From assembly GCA_963664815.2 (NCBI GenBank), contig CAXXHB010000003.1, positions 256,001 to 320,000 of the forward strand: a stretch of DNA of 64,000 bases. Reading direction: 5' to 3'. Positions 18,797 through 28,629 of this stretch are shown in pieces. The notes beneath the pieces are model-generated. The model made no database searches, was not told where the DNA came from, and saw only the letters and a list, made by a program, of their open reading frames with translations. The translations under genes were made by a program, and so were the position numbers. Source of the stretch: Spirochaetota bacterium (GTDB lineage Bacteria; Spirochaetota; UBA4802; UBA5550). Within the stretch, counting starts at the first letter, position 1; every line of letters begins with the position of its first letter.

Positions 18797-19900
18797 TTAA
18801 ATAATAATGTCTGTAATGTATTCTGCAATTGCAAGACATGATGTCAGTCCAGGGGACTCGATTCCTGTGAGGTTTATAAAATTATGAAGACCAGCATCAG
18901 TCTCGTTTTTTATTATAAAATCGCGGAATTTTTCCCCCTCTTTCTGGAGCTTCGGTCTAATGCCGCAGTCGTATGGATAGATGTCTGATATGTCGTGTTT
19001 CATAAAGAGAGACAGTGAATACAAAAACTCATCTCTGTGTTTTTCATCCATTGAGTAATCAACGATATTTCTGTTAAGATAATATGCATTTGGTCCGAAT
19101 GCCACGGTTCCGTCGGTGAATAGTCTGTTGTGGATACCGAGTGATCTTCCATCGGGTGATGGTACCGGGTAGATGAGTATGTTCATTTTCCGGACAAGGT
19201 CTGATTTATAATACTCACCCTTGCAGTAATGTAATGTGTATCCTGACTTGTCTGTATCAATTCCCGCCATGGAAGCAACTCTGTCAGAGAATAATCCCGC
19301 ACAGTTTACTATTGTTTCAGTATGGATACTGTATCCATCATCCGATTTGATCTCGTAGCCTGATGCTTTCTTTTTTATTCCGCTGACACCGGTTCTGTAG
19401 GCAAAAGCGGCACCGTTATTTTTTGCAAGGGTTTCCATCTTTTTCATAAGCTCATGAGAGTTCATAATCCCTGCTGTTGGAACATGAACCCCCGCTACAG
19501 CTTTAACAAGAGGTTCCCGTTTCTCTATCTCTCTTCCTTCGGCAATTCTGATTCCAGGAACGCCGTTTTTAATTCCGTTGGCGTAGAGTCTTTCTAGTTC
19601 CGGTATCTCATCTGGTGATGAGGCTATGATGTATTTACCGCAGTTAATGAAGGTAACGTCATTGTCTTTCATGAAACTGTAGATGAGTTCATTGCCGCGG
19701 AGACAGAGGATTGCCTTCAGGGTTCCGGAGGGATAGTATATGCCGGAATGAACTGTTTCACTGTTGCGGCTGCTTGTATGTCTGCCGAATGAATCCTCTT
19801 TTTCAAAAACTATAATGTTTTTATATTTTTTTGAGAGCTCACATGCTGCAGCAAGTCCAACAGCTCCGGCTCCTATTATGGCAATGTCACATTGTTCCAT
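18797..19900 (-). CDS. FAD-dependent oxidoreductase, L-2-hydroxyglutarate oxidase (LhgO) family
   Basis: IIGAGAVG, TSSRNSETVHSGIYY, KGEYY, GIRPKL, GIESPGLTSCLAIA. Confidence 0.88.
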   Translation of the reverse strand: MEQCDIAIIGAGAVGLAAACELSKKYKNIIVFEKEDSFGRHTSSRNSETVHSGIYYPSGTLKAILCLRGNELIYSFMKDNDVTFINCGKYIIASSPDEIPELERLYANGIKNGVPGIRIAEGREIEKREPLVKAVAGVHVPTAGIMNSHELMKKMETLAKNNGAAFAYRTGVSGIKKKASGYEIKSDDGYSIHTETIVNCAGLFSDRVASMAGIDTDKSGYTLHYCKGEYYKSDLVRKMNILIYPVPSPDGRSLGIHNRLFTDGTVAFGPNAYYLNRNIVDYSMDEKHRDEFLYSLSLFMKHDISDIYPYDCGIRPKLQKEGEKFRDFIIKNETDAGLHNFINLTGIESPGLTSCLAIAEYITDIII

Positions 19901-19911
19901 ATTAAAATTTT

Positions 19912-21024
19912 TTATTTTTCGAACGGGAAACGGTACTGGTTCAGTCCTGTGGCGTCCCTCATCTGTACCATCTCTCTCTGAAGCTCTTCTCCTACCGGAA
20001 CACCTTTACCTTCTCTGAACAAACGGTTGAGATATTCTTTTTCCCCGGCAGTATAGATTCTTTCAGCACCCGGCATCTTATCTGAAGCACGGAGCTGCCG
20101 GAGTATCTCTCCGGAGATTTTTTTAAAATTATCAATTTCAGTGAAGTGTGATATATTTACCGCTATAAAGAAATGACCGAGCTTATAGGGAATTTTCTTT
20201 CCGTTTTCAAAACCAGTGAGCATCTTTAAAAAGCTTCCACCCTGAAGTGCGGCGGACAGAATTTCAACGACAGTGGCGTATCCATAACCCTTGTATCCTG
20301 CACCATCTTCGCCAATACCGCCAAGAGGAGTGAGAGCAGCAGTACCTTTTATAAGATCCTGTAAAGCCTGAATTGAATCGGTTGTGGATTCACCTTTCCT
20401 GTCAATAACCCATCCCTCCGGCATACTCTTTCCTGTTCTGGCATAAACCTCAATTTTCCCCCTTTGGGTAGTTGATGTTGCGCAGTCAATTACAAAAGGG
20501 AATTCTTCATCTGTCGGTATCCCGAATACAAGCGGATTTGTTCCAAGCATGTTCTCTATGCCGAAGGTTGGGGCTATGGAGGGTCTGGCGTTTGTACCGG
20601 TAATTCCAATCATGTTTTTTTCAGTTGCCATTGTTGCGTAGTAACCGGCAATTCCATAGTGTGTGGAATTGCGTACAGCCACCATGCCAAGTCCGTATTT
20701 TGAAGCCTTTTCAATAGCCATTTCCATGGCATGCTTTCCAATTACATGTCCCATTCCATTGTGTCCGTCAATAACAGCAGTGGCAAGATTGTCTTTAACT
20801 ATCTCAAACCTGGTGACAGCATTCTGTATTCCCTCTTTGATCCTGTCGTAGTAAATTGGTTTCATCCTGTTAAGGCCATGGGAGTCGATACCTCTTTTAT
20901 CTGATTCAATAAGTACATCGGCACATATGGCCGCATCATTTTCAGGTACTCCGATTTTAATAAAAACATCTTTCATAAAATTGCGGACAATATCAAAATC
21001 AATCCATGTTATATTATTTTCCAT
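19912..21024 (-). CDS. Ldh_2-family (malate/L-lactate/sulfolactate-type) oxidoreductase
   Basis: GIDSHG, VRNSTHYG, LGTNP, DCATS, GYKGYG motifs. Confidence 0.9.
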   Translation of the reverse strand: MENNITWIDFDIVRNFMKDVFIKIGVPENDAAICADVLIESDKRGIDSHGLNRMKPIYYDRIKEGIQNAVTRFEIVKDNLATAVIDGHNGMGHVIGKHAMEMAIEKASKYGLGMVAVRNSTHYGIAGYYATMATEKNMIGITGTNARPSIAPTFGIENMLGTNPLVFGIPTDEEFPFVIDCATSTTQRGKIEVYARTGKSMPEGWVIDRKGESTTDSIQALQDLIKGTAALTPLGGIGEDGAGYKGYGYATVVEILSAALQGGSFLKMLTGFENGKKIPYKLGHFFIAVNISHFTEIDNFKKISGEILRQLRASDKMPGAERIYTAGEKEYLNRLFREGKGVPVGEELQREMVQMRDATGLNQYRFPFEK

Positions 21025-21281
21025 TTTTTCTCATATCTCCCTTCGGGCACCTTCCCCCGGCTGGATGAGGAAGGTATAATTTTTAAAATTTTCTATAATT
21101 TTCATTGTTGAAACAGGGGCTACATCTGTCTTCATTTACACCATCACTCAAAGGTATGATACCGCGCTGGAGACAGAGTATGAATCTGATAAATTTACAT
21201 TTTGAATCAGGTCTGTAATTGTCAAGATTAAGTTTTATAAGAATGCTTTTTTTAAAAGAATATATTAAGTCTTAGGTAAAT

Positions 21282-22727
21282 TTATACCTCTTTTTTTTTC
21301 TTACCGAATTTTATAAGAATACTTCCTGCGATTGAAAGTACAAAAAATATTCCTGTCAGGGGTGCGAAAAAATGCAGAGCTGTTGTAAAGGCTATATTAT
21401 CAAAAAATGCAGAATTCAAAGGATCATTTATCATCTGAGGTATCATAAGACCAGGTTTTAAAGATGCGATTATAACCGCAATACCGGCAATTACGATTAA
21501 AACAGAAGGGTATTTAAGAACAAAACCTGACGCGCGCATACCTGATTTTTTATCAGGGGCAATAATAACAAGAAGAATAATCAGAAAAAGAACAATACCG
21601 GCAGCCGCTTGAGGAATATATTTTGCCACAGAGAATACCATCATTATTTTTTCAAAAATTTCAGCCTTTTCACCCGAAAGTATAATTGCCTCTGATTTCA
21701 GCACACCATTATTCATGGAAATACCTGACCCTTTCAATATCGTGTTCGCAGCTGTTTCACCAATCCATGAGTCTGAAAGTTTGAATATTTGTGTGAGAAC
21801 CCATGGGCTTTTCAAGCCGGGTGTTTCTCTTATCTTTTCAACAAAAAGCTCGCTGAAAAGATTTTTTTCTGTTTCTATACCGTTCTGGTTTACTTTGACA
21901 CGAAAGCTGAGATGAAGAGGCGGGAGGCTGATTTTTTTTGTATTTTCAATCATTCCCGATTCGACATTGAGCCTGCTTACATAAATATTACCAGCTTTCT
22001 TCTGATTTTGCCATGAAGTCATGAAATCGAGATATTTTTTTATTACCGATTTCAACTCTTTTTCTATGAAAAGTGTATTAAGATCTTTTGTCAGGGAGGG
22101 CTCAATCTTTGCTATATCAGAAACCATTTCATTCATAAAATCCCCTCTGCGGGATTCAATGATTTTTTTCGCATCCTTCTCCTTGTCTTTTAATTGATCA
22201 TCGGAGTTCTCAAACTTATCTTTTGAATCGTCCATGGCATCTTCAGATTTTTCAATGGCTTCTTTATTTTTATTACGGTATTCCTTTATCTCCTTCAGAG
22301 CTTTTTTCAGGTCGGACATTTTCTTCTCTTTAAAATTATCAAATTCATCTTCGGTTTTAAATTCATCTGAAGATTTTTCCCATTTAAGATCATCCAGCTC
22401 ATCAATCTGTTTTTCCAGTTTATTGAATTCTTCATTCTTATTAATTGAGTTATAGGCAGCCAGTTTTTCCCCGTAGTTCTTTTTTAATGATTCATAAACC
22501 GGTTTAAACTGTGACATTCCGGTTTTCTTCTCTACCTCTTTTGCTATATCCTTTTCGATCTGAATGTTTTTTGTTTCTATAAAAGTTTCCACAAGATTCA
22601 GATTTTTTATTATACTGATGTAAAAGTTTTCGTTTACTGCAAGAGAAAGAAGAATTGTGGCGGTTATCACGACAGGTATAACCACGATTGATATAATTGA
22701 AAATATATAAAGAAAAATTCTTCTCAT
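21282..22727 (-). CDS. Hypothetical membrane protein with a long coiled coil
   Basis: N-terminal TM, K/E-rich heptad region of about 130 aa, three C-terminal TMs. Confidence 0.75.
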   Translation of the reverse strand: MRRIFLYIFSIISIVVIPVVITATILLSLAVNENFYISIIKNLNLVETFIETKNIQIEKDIAKEVEKKTGMSQFKPVYESLKKNYGEKLAAYNSINKNEEFNKLEKQIDELDDLKWEKSSDEFKTEDEFDNFKEKKMSDLKKALKEIKEYRNKNKEAIEKSEDAMDDSKDKFENSDDQLKDKEKDAKKIIESRRGDFMNEMVSDIAKIEPSLTKDLNTLFIEKELKSVIKKYLDFMTSWQNQKKAGNIYVSRLNVESGMIENTKKISLPPLHLSFRVKVNQNGIETEKNLFSELFVEKIRETPGLKSPWVLTQIFKLSDSWIGETAANTILKGSGISMNNGVLKSEAIILSGEKAEIFEKIMMVFSVAKYIPQAAAGIVLFLIILLVIIAPDKKSGMRASGFVLKYPSVLIVIAGIAVIIASLKPGLMIPQMINDPLNSAFFDNIAFTTALHFFAPLTGIFFVLSIAGSILIKFGKKKKEV

Positions 22728-22881
22728 GATGAAACCTCGAATAAAATTGTAATTTCTGTTTTTAAAAAAATATTATCTTTGTCTGTTTCCATGGGTAAAT
22801 GAGACAGTTAAAGTTTTATTATAAATAATTTTTTACAAAAAATACTTAGAGCTTAAGAATAATCAACAATAAAAAAGATTA

Positions 22882-23634
22882 TCAGTTTTTTAAAAAATAA
22901 AAAATGAGGCCGAGATACTCTTTCATTCCTGTAAATATACCATTCATTTCGCTGCTCTTCGGTATAAAACTTATTGCATTATATCCTGAGTGATCAATCT
23001 TGTAATCGGTTGGTGCTGCTATACATTCAATTCCCGCTTTATTAAACGAGTAGAACGATCGTTTCATATGGTATGCTGAAGTTACAAGTATTATTTTTTT
23101 TGCATGAAATGTCTCTTTTATATACATTGCATTTTCGTATGTTGTGCGACTTTGGTCTTCCTTCAAGAATTTTATTCTTCCGGATGTAAAGCGGCTCATA
23201 GTTCTGACTGCAGTATCTGCCTCGCTTTCGGTTTGATTGCTGAAAACTTTCCCTCCTGAGAATATTAAAGGAATTTTGTATAGATCAGCTATATAAATTC
23301 CGTGGAGTGCCCTCTTCATTGCCTCAGGAGAAAGGCTCCCTTTGCCTTCCTCTTCGGGTGAAGAATCAACTACCCCGCCGCCGAGTACAACAATATAGTC
23401 GGCATTATGTTTTTCTTTCAGGTTAATCGGAGCGGCATAGTTTTCAAGAGGGGATAGAATCATGTTTTTTACCGGTTCAACAGAGAAGAGATAAAGGAGT
23501 AAAATATCAGTAATAATAATCATCGTCGCTTTTCTAAGGTTTCTTTGCAGAAAATAAAGGGCAAAAAGAAGAATTATTATAAATATTGAGGGTGGAAAAA
23601 TTATATAGTTACAAATTTTCTGTATTATAAACAT
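22882..23634 (-). CDS. YdcF/DUF218 (ElyC/SanA-like) envelope protein
   Basis: IVVLGGG, FSGG, SEA, SRTTYENA, LVTSAYHMKRS, KEYLG. Confidence 0.92.
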   Translation of the reverse strand: MFIIQKICNYIIFPPSIFIIILLFALYFLQRNLRKATMIIITDILLLYLFSVEPVKNMILSPLENYAAPINLKEKHNADYIVVLGGGVVDSSPEEEGKGSLSPEAMKRALHGIYIADLYKIPLIFSGGKVFSNQTESEADTAVRTMSRFTSGRIKFLKEDQSRTTYENAMYIKETFHAKKIILVTSAYHMKRSFYSFNKAGIECIAAPTDYKIDHSGYNAISFIPKSSEMNGIFTGMKEYLGLIFYFLKN

Positions 23635-23917
23635 CGTTGGAAATCCTCTCTTTTCAGGTTTTATTATCAGTGCAAATTATGATTATAATTGAATGTTTCA
23701 CAATGTTTTTTCTTCCATTGTTTTTATTTTTTATACAAATATTTAATAAGCAAAATCTTCAGTAAATCTGTAACAACTGAAGTTGTAAAATCATCATTAT
23801 ATATGTTATTCATTGAAAATCATCAGCAACTCTTTCTTGACATAATAATTGTTATAATATATATAAATAGTATAGTGATATGATTCATCTCACTAATCTT
23901 GCTGACCAGGCCGGAGG

Positions 23918-25831
23918 ATGTTTATGCCGCTGGATTCAATCGGGGACCAGCTGAAAAGTATCAGAAGATGGAATTTTATTCCTAATAAAAATAAAATATT
24001 TCTGGTTCTTCAAGCACAATTGGGAAAAAACGAATTAATTATTGATATCATAGATGGCTTTTTCCATGAAAACTCAAGTATGAAAAACGGGAAAAGCGAT
24101 TCAGGGCTGATACTTGTAACTGACAGAAACATTTTTCTCATAAAATCGGATCAGCCTGAAAAATATTTATCTTTTAAAAGAGATGCTGTTACTATTAATT
24201 ATGTAAAGAATTTTTCATCAATTGCTGTTGAATTAAGGTCGGGGAAAAATGATTATTCCTTTGTTACTCTTCTTTCCGAATCAGCTGTAAAAAATATTTT
24301 TTCTGCAACGGGTAAATCTGCGGTGATAGAGTCTCATTATGATGGAAAGTTAAAAGTTGTACTTGATCAATCGATTGCAGCTGTACAGAATAATGAACCA
24401 AGAGAAGCGGAGAATTCTTCTGTCCGGGTTTCAGATCTTCTGTATTCGGAAATCAAAAAAATCAGTAAAAGGCTTGATGAACTTAGAAAAATAATTCCCG
24501 ATGCAAAATTTATGGAGATGTATTGTGAGGACATTTATACAATCTCCGGATTATGCGGCATGACCGGGCGTGAACTTTCGGATAATGAAATGTTGTTTAT
24601 CTGCATGGCGCTCTCTGTCGGGGAAAAGAACAGTGGGACTGGAGCCGCAGTGTTTCTTGATGAAGTTATGAAAAATGATTCTTTTCCGCTGCACATCATG
24701 GATGTTGTAAACCTGAGAATGGATACAATAATCTCGGGTATCGGCAGAATGAGTGACGTTGCAGAAAAAAATCTGAAATCGATAGAGTTCCTCTCAGGAT
24801 ATGACATAGAACATAACTCAAAATATGCTGATGTAATGGCGGCACTTTTTTATGAATATTCACAGTGTCTGATGAAAGCAGATGGCGTATTAGATGGAGA
24901 TGAAGAGGAAAAGCTGAAGAGCATTTCAGGCCTTATTCAGAAGGAAAAGCATATTAATAGTACATTAACTGTAAAAACGGAAGAAGATGCTGAGAATATT
25001 GAACAGGTTATGGAAAAGATCAATGAACTGGTAGGTATGGATAATATCAAAGATGAAATAAAATCATTTATTAACTTCATGAATATACGGGGTGAAAGAG
25101 AAAAGCAGCATCTCCCGGTCACTCCAATTATGCTGCATGCAGTGTTCTACGGGCCTCCGGGTACCGGTAAAACAACAATCGCACGACTTCTCGGGCGCGT
25201 ATATAAAGCGCTGGGTCTTTTAAAGAGCGGACATCTTGTTGAAACCGACAGGGCGGGGCTTGTGGCCGGGTATGTCGGGCAGACGGCTATCAAAACTGAC
25301 GAGCTTGTAAATAAAGCTAAGGATGGTATACTTTTTATTGACGAGGCATACTCCCTTATCCCGGAGAATGGATCAAACGATTTTGGCAGAGAATCTGTTG
25401 ATACTATTCTGAAGAGGATGGAGGATATGAGGGAGGGTTTTGCCGTAATTGCCGCAGGATACACCGAAGAAATGGAGAGATTCATTAATTCGAATCCGGG
25501 GCTAAAATCGAGATTCAGCAGGTATTTTTATTTCAATCATTACAAACCTGAAGAGCTTGTTGAAATCTTTAAAAAGTTTGCCGACAATATAGAATTTAAG
25601 CTTGCCGCCAGTGCCGAAACCAGACTCACTGAATTGATAACATATTTTTATGACAATAGGACAAAAAGTTTCGGTAATGCCCGGTTTGCAAGGAATGTCT
25701 TTGATAAAATTGTACAGAACCAGGCAGACAGGCTTGCTTCAGTTAAAACTCTTACCAGGGAGCTTTTATGTGAAGTAACAGAGGAAGATATCCCTGTTAA
25801 AGAGGATTTTATTGCTGAACAATTTTCCTGA
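23918..25831 (+). CDS. AAA+ ATPase of the CbbX/SpoVK/EccA type with a large N-terminal extension
   Basis: GPPGTGKT, LVAGYVGQTA, ILFIDEAYSL, NPGLKSRF, FGNARFARN; about 350-aa N-terminal region; GGAGG upstream. Confidence 0.9.
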   Translation: MFMPLDSIGDQLKSIRRWNFIPNKNKIFLVLQAQLGKNELIIDIIDGFFHENSSMKNGKSDSGLILVTDRNIFLIKSDQPEKYLSFKRDAVTINYVKNFSSIAVELRSGKNDYSFVTLLSESAVKNIFSATGKSAVIESHYDGKLKVVLDQSIAAVQNNEPREAENSSVRVSDLLYSEIKKISKRLDELRKIIPDAKFMEMYCEDIYTISGLCGMTGRELSDNEMLFICMALSVGEKNSGTGAAVFLDEVMKNDSFPLHIMDVVNLRMDTIISGIGRMSDVAEKNLKSIEFLSGYDIEHNSKYADVMAALFYEYSQCLMKADGVLDGDEEEKLKSISGLIQKEKHINSTLTVKTEEDAENIEQVMEKINELVGMDNIKDEIKSFINFMNIRGEREKQHLPVTPIMLHAVFYGPPGTGKTTIARLLGRVYKALGLLKSGHLVETDRAGLVAGYVGQTAIKTDELVNKAKDGILFIDEAYSLIPENGSNDFGRESVDTILKRMEDMREGFAVIAAGYTEEMERFINSNPGLKSRFSRYFYFNHYKPEELVEIFKKFADNIEFKLAASAETRLTELITYFYDNRTKSFGNARFARNVFDKIVQNQADRLASVKTLTRELLCEVTEEDIPVKEDFIAEQFS

Positions 25832-26153
25832 AATCACTGATTGATATGATCTGGAAAAATTTATCGAGATGCGAAAGGTCAAACAATGCAGCTACATGGG
25901 TATTGAGTTCGCAGACATAGAATGTTGTGCCGTTTTTCTCAGATTGTCGGGAAATGTTTATAAGCATTCCAAAACCTGACGAGTCTATGCTTTCAAGTAA
26001 TTCACAGTTTATTCCCAGTATTTTCAGGTCAGGTCTTTTTTCGGTCAGGTCAGTGAATTCTTTTTGCAGAATATCAATGTTATTGATATTCAGTTTACCA
26101 CTCATTTCAATTTCCGTTCCGTCTTTATAGTTATGAACCGTTATTTTAATCAA
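25809..26153 (-). CDS. STAS-domain anti-sigma-factor antagonist
   Basis: SIDSSGFGML phospho-acceptor motif, LFDLSHLDKFF; 114 aa. Confidence 0.88.
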   Translation of the reverse strand: MIKITVHNYKDGTEIEMSGKLNINNIDILQKEFTDLTEKRPDLKILGINCELLESIDSSGFGMLINISRQSEKNGTTFYVCELNTHVAALFDLSHLDKFFQIISISDFRKIVQQ

Positions 26154-26200
26154 CTCGTTACCCTCTTTGACTTGAAACGGATTACTTTAAGAGCATTGAA

Positions 26201-26305
26201 CTATCTGAGGTCAGACACAATTTTTTTCAACCATATTTTAAAGTAATAGTTCATTTTTTCCTGAGTCGAACTATACTCTTCCCGGTTTTTTTCAGCATTA
26301 TTCAA
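26201..26305 (-). CDS. Putative 34-aa small protein
   Basis: AAGGAG (26318-26313), 7 nt, TTG; MNNAEKNREEYSSTQEKMNYYFKIWLKKIVSDLR. Confidence 0.4.
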   Translation of the reverse strand: MNNAEKNREEYSSTQEKMNYYFKIWLKKIVSDLR

Positions 26306-26553
26306 AACATATCTCCTTAAAAATCATTGCAATTATGATATTTATAATATATATATAAATGATGAATTTATATAAAGATATTATAAAATTATTAATTATT
26401 TCATTCGTGCATTGTCACAGTCCGGCAGTCATATTGAATTTCTTGGTGACATCTTTATGGCATTATCAGAACATTGTGTCTATGAGCAATTTGTCAGTTT
26501 TATATTTCCAGTTTTACATGGCATATAATACTGATTTTAAAGGAAGGAAATAA

Positions 26554-27297
26554 ATGGGAGAAACAATAACATATGAAGTACAAATACATGAAGCCGGTCC
26601 GGATTCAAAAGCCAGAGTGAAGACGCTTTTTGATTATATGCAGTCCGCAGCAGACAGGCATTCAAAAAGCCTCGGTACATCGTTATCTCTTATGTCAGGA
26701 CAGAATTTAACCTGGGTTTATACCAGATTTTACACAGTAGTTGAGAGATATCCTGAAATGTATGATAAAGTATATTGTAAAACCTGGCGTTCAGAGGTGA
26801 CAAACGGCCTTGTGTCCAGGGAATTTATTCTTTCCGGAGAAAACGGTATTGTGTATGTTAAGGCTACATCATCTCTTGCACTTATTGACAGGACTAGCAG
26901 AAAACCAGTGCCGATTCCCGATTTTATTACTTCTCAGCTTGAGCATGGGAAGGAGCATAGTATCAGTTTTTCTTCCGGGTCGATTGAACAATATGATAGT
27001 TTTGATTATACTTATAATATGAAAGCGAGATTTGAAGATATAGATGTTAATAGTCATATGAATAATGCAGCTTACGCAGGCCTTTTTTTTGAGAGCATAT
27101 TTCAGAAATACAGAGACCGGTTGATTATGAGATCAATCGACATTACATTTCGGGGAGAGATAATATATGGTGATGAGCTTGAATGCAGTGTTGTTTCCCC
27201 AGACCATACGGCCGGTAAGTTTTATCATAAACTTTTTAATAAAACAAAGGGACGGGTTTCAGCCTATGCAGTAACGGAATGGGAAAATAAATTTTAA
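26554..27297 (+). CDS. Acyl-ACP thioesterase (double hot-dog, FatA-like)
   Basis: DYMQSAA..HS, LTWV.TR, RFEDIDVNSHMNNAAY. Confidence 0.9.
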   Translation: MGETITYEVQIHEAGPDSKARVKTLFDYMQSAADRHSKSLGTSLSLMSGQNLTWVYTRFYTVVERYPEMYDKVYCKTWRSEVTNGLVSREFILSGENGIVYVKATSSLALIDRTSRKPVPIPDFITSQLEHGKEHSISFSSGSIEQYDSFDYTYNMKARFEDIDVNSHMNNAAYAGLFFESIFQKYRDRLIMRSIDITFRGEIIYGDELECSVVSPDHTAGKFYHKLFNKTKGRVSAYAVTEWENKF

Positions 27298-27390
27298 GAT
27301 AGTGAAAAATGTACTGTACATTAATAGAATGCCTGAAATTATGTTTTGATTGATAGCAGAGGTCTGAAAAATGACAATCCAAGGTTATTT

Positions 27391-28611
27391 ATGACAAAAA
27401 ACAGCGAAAGCGGAAAACGTGTAGTGATTGACCTTGATTATATTATGCCGGATACAACTTTTGTATATCCAATATTTTCCTATGATGGTGAGAAGGTTCT
27501 CAATGAGCGTGAGGTTCTGACCGCGCAGAAAATTAAACATATAAAAGAAAAATGCGGAAATAAATTGTATTACTCGCCTGCCGAAACTGAAGCAGGACTC
27601 ATGCCGGAATATGTGTATACCAAGGCATTCAACAAAACCAAAGAGGTAATGGATGCAGTTCTTCGTACTGATAAGTTTACCCGGGAGGGTTATCAGAAAA
27701 GTGAAGAGCTTGTAAGTGAGATTCTTGAAGAGCTTAATTCAAAAGAGATTACGGCTATTAATCTTCTGAAAGATATTAAAAATTTTGATGATTATCTTTA
27801 TTATCATTCAGTTAATGTCGGAATGCTTACCGCACTTATGGTTAAAAGGAGAAAGAAATTCACAGAAGAAGAGATTAAGAGTATTGTGCTTGGCGCATAT
27901 CTCTGTGACCTCGGAAAAGTCAAACTTGACAAAACCCTGCTTGACAGACCTGATAAGCTGAATGAGAATGAAATGATGGAAATCCAGCTTCATCCGCAGA
28001 TTGGATATAATATTGTAAAATCCCTTGAAGAGATTAATCCGATAGTACTTCAGACAATTCTTTTTCACCATGAACAGTTTAATGACGAGGGATATTATAA
28101 TCTTCCGTATGACACTCTCCCTTCATCTCCGAAAATTGTTTCTATTTGTGATATGTATGATGCGCTTACATCGCCCCGTCCTTTCCGACAGCCGTATTCT
28201 CCTGCCGAGGCTATGAAGATTATATTGAATTCAACTGATAAGAAATTTGACCGTGACCTTGTCAGCGATTTTCTTAACGGGATGGGGACTCTGCTTAATA
28301 ATTCGCAGTATTTTTACAGGAAAGGGGATTTCTCTATTCTTAATACAAATGAGGTTTGTCTGATCAGCGATATTTCAAAAATTGATATTATGAAACCGAA
28401 GGTTATGGTTTTTGCAAGGTATGATTATTCCGGAGATAAAGCGACAATCAGATTTTATGAGAATCCTATTGAGGTTGATCTTGCAAAGGATATGAACCGA
28501 AAAATTGACAGTATCGTTATGCATCAGAAACTTATTGAAGCTCTGCGCAAAAAACTGGTAGAGAAGAAAACACTGATAGATTATCTTTATGTGTCCCTGC
28601 CTGACAGATAG
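27391..28611 (+). CDS. HD-GYP-family protein with degenerate active site
   Basis: YLYYHSVNV, YLCDLGK (HD to CD), HPQIG, HHEQFNDEGYY, ICDMYDALTSPRPFR; start may be 27346 or 27391. Confidence 0.85.
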   Translation: MTKNSESGKRVVIDLDYIMPDTTFVYPIFSYDGEKVLNEREVLTAQKIKHIKEKCGNKLYYSPAETEAGLMPEYVYTKAFNKTKEVMDAVLRTDKFTREGYQKSEELVSEILEELNSKEITAINLLKDIKNFDDYLYYHSVNVGMLTALMVKRRKKFTEEEIKSIVLGAYLCDLGKVKLDKTLLDRPDKLNENEMMEIQLHPQIGYNIVKSLEEINPIVLQTILFHHEQFNDEGYYNLPYDTLPSSPKIVSICDMYDALTSPRPFRQPYSPAEAMKIILNSTDKKFDRDLVSDFLNGMGTLLNNSQYFYRKGDFSILNTNEVCLISDISKIDIMKPKVMVFARYDYSGDKATIRFYENPIEVDLAKDMNRKIDSIVMHQKLIEALRKKLVEKKTLIDYLYVSLPDR

Positions 28612-28629
28612 CAGACTGTAGACCCGTTT

